Below, piece after piece: positions 62,124-64,000 of a stretch of 64,000 nucleotides of DNA. The DNA comes from an uncultured Verrucomicrobiae bacterium (lineage in GTDB: Bacteria > Verrucomicrobiota > Verrucomicrobiia > Chthoniobacterales > JAATET01): assembly GCA_963719495.1 (NCBI GenBank), contig CAVRCI010000002.1:1-64000 (forward strand). The letters are read 5' to 3'. The stretch's first letter is position 1; the number at the start of each line of letters is the position of its first letter. The translations under genes and the position numbers were made by a program. Below the pieces are notes generated by a model that was not told where the DNA came from, made no database searches, and saw only the letters and a program-made list of their open reading frames with translations.

Positions 62124-63432
62124 GGCTCTTCTGGGATTACAGTGGGAAAAGATCGAGCCTACCGAGGAAGAAGAGGATTCTGGTTCGGTAGTTGAGGAAG
62201 GAACGGAACCCACGGGCGGCGGACTTGAGGGATTGGATTCGTGAATTGAGAGCTTCGGTAGCCGCGTTGGTGATGCGATGGCGCAGGAAGGTGATGATGT
62301 TCTCAAAGTGGTTTTTGAGGGTTTTGGCCACCTTCTTGATGGGTTCAAGCTGGGAGCGGCGAGCCCAGCCATACCAAGCCGCGAAGAACTTGCGGGCATT
62401 GGCCTCGTAGCGGAAGTTCCAGAAGCGGCGGAGGTTTTCCTTGATGGCCCAGGCGCGAGCGCTCTTGAGATCGGAGTCACGCAGTTGAGAAAAGCGAGCA
62501 ACATCCTCCTCTCTGAGATGATCGGGGTTGTAGCCGAAGAGGCGCTGGGTGCCTTTGAGGCGTTCGTCTCCCATGGCTTGCAGGCGTTTGTTTTCGGCGC
62601 GCACGACCTGGCTCACCGCTTTGTTGAGATGGGCGCTGATGTGGTAGCGGTCGTGGACCAGATCAGCCTGCGGGGCGTAGTCTGCGACGCTGGCACCAAA
62701 ATGCCCGCTCATGTCGGCGGCCACGGCTTTCAAGTCCGCGGTGACATCCTCGGGCAGGCATTGCCAAAGGACTGCCGCGCTCTGCTTGTCGTTGCCGTCA
62801 GTGACTTCCAGCACCCGGCTGCCTTCCAGATCAGTCATGAGCGAAATGTAGCTCTGCCCACCGCCGAAGCTCTTTTCATCGAGTCCGGCGTAGCGCAATC
62901 CACTCAGATCGCGACGCTCAAGCCCCCGCTCGACGGCCCGTCGCATGATCCCGTGAACTTGATCCCAGCTCAGTCCCAGCAGTCGTGCCGCCGCACTCAC
63001 CGTCGAGCACGCTCGGATCACTTCGATGGCAAAACGCTCGTAGAGCAGCGTAAAGCGGCTGCCCTTCCCCGCCCACGGCACCGGCACGCTTTCCACCCGC
63101 CCATCCGGTAGCCGCAGCCGCGGCACTCGCGCCGCCAGCAACGTCTCGAACCCGCACGTATCCATGTGCTTCCAGAAGCGTTCGACATGGTCGTGGCACG
63201 GAAGTCGATGCTCCCCATCCTCACTGGCCCACAACGTCCCCGGCTCATATCCGAGCCGGACCACCACCCGCTTCTCGCTCACGGCCAAGTCCACCTCTTC
63301 AACCGCCCATGGACTCTTCAATCCCAGGATCTGCGTGTAAAACTCTGTATCCTTCATCGCCCTCCTTCCTACCCGCATCCACCACCTCCGTTCAAACCCT
63401 CTTCACTTTCCCACTGTAAACCCAGAAGAGCC
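62124..63432 (-). mobile_element. ISL3-family IS copy 3
   Basis: Same IRs; TSD CCACCATT. Confidence 0.95.
62137..63378 (-). CDS. ISL3 transposase
   Basis: Identical protein to 47447..48688. Confidence 0.93.
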   Translation of the reverse strand: MRVGRRAMKDTEFYTQILGLKSPWAVEEVDLAVSEKRVVVRLGYEPGTLWASEDGEHRLPCHDHVERFWKHMDTCGFETLLAARVPRLRLPDGRVESVPVPWAGKGSRFTLLYERFAIEVIRACSTVSAAARLLGLSWDQVHGIMRRAVERGLERRDLSGLRYAGLDEKSFGGGQSYISLMTDLEGSRVLEVTDGNDKQSAAVLWQCLPEDVTADLKAVAADMSGHFGASVADYAPQADLVHDRYHISAHLNKAVSQVVRAENKRLQAMGDERLKGTQRLFGYNPDHLREEDVARFSQLRDSDLKSARAWAIKENLRRFWNFRYEANARKFFAAWYGWARRSQLEPIKKVAKTLKNHFENIITFLRHRITNAATEALNSRIQSLKSAARGFRSFLNYRTRILFFLGRLDLFPL

Positions 63433-64000
63433 CCACCATTGGTGGATCGAACTGTCGTGCTGCCAAAGTTCGCCGATGCGAGCGCGACGGAAGCGCCGAT
63501 AAACGCGAGGCTTGCGGGTCGGCGAGGGCACCAGATGGGCGTAGCGCGCTTTGACGTGGGTCTCGACGACCGAGCGCGCCCGAACGAATCCGCAGAGTCG
63601 CTCAAGTTCGTCGGCGACTAACTGGTAATTGGGTGGGTTCTGAAGCGGCAGAAACTCTTGGAGAAAGCGTTCAACTTCGGGCGGCCAGTCGGCGCGACGA
63701 GCGCCCCCGCTGGCAGCCGGGGCGTAGGAATTACGATTTGCGAGGTAGGCCGTGCGGAGTTCATAGAGCCTGGTTTTGCCGATGCCTAACTGGCTTGCGG
63801 CATTGCTGGCATCGAGAAGTCCTGCATTGAAATCTGCAAGTGTGCGACGGACAAAATCTGGCGGGAGACGGTGGGTAATCTGCTTCTTTTCAATCCGGGA
63901 TAATCGACCAGGCGAGCGCGCAAGCCAGCGCGTTCCACAAACGCTTCACCCCAACGGCTGGTATCCTTGGGGCACTGGGGCCGGGGAGCAGGCGCGCACG

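Larger units (their letters stand above)
61356..64000 (-). mobile_element. IS1202-family IS copy 3 with ISL3 at same site as copy 1 (runs off window)
   Basis: Matches 46666-49310. Confidence 0.9.

Overview
High-GC bacterial DNA (gene style suggests Verrucomicrobiota/PVC; inference) in three blocks. (1) ~0.2-16.3 kb: a sulfatase, then a RiPP locus with four Nif11-leader precursors, one NHLP-leader precursor, a LanM with a ProcM-type CCG motif, an aldo/keto reductase, a LytTR regulator and a TolC/HlyD/C39-ABC/ABC export operon. A 10-bp direct repeat with 22-bp period lies upstream of all four precursor transcription units. Most long genes left of ~10.3 kb carry frameshifts, probably read errors. 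(2) 16.5-25.2 kb: housekeeping genes (mgtE, zwf, glk, TerC, two sugar ABC permeases), followed by a decayed ISAs1. (3) 27.0-61.3 kb: a lower-GC superintegron-type cassette array with 42 attC sites (~124-130 bp) and no integrase in the window. It holds 10 toxin-antitoxin cassettes, HNH and nucleotidyltransferase cassettes, and 17 gene-less cassettes in three recurring families. One family uses a non-canonical GGT/ACC recombination core. The array is invaded by IS1182, IS630, ISL3, ISKra4 and IS1202-family elements. A 6.2-kb block of ten attC sites was inverted between two IS1202-like copies, shown by swapped 16-bp target duplications and two split cassettes.
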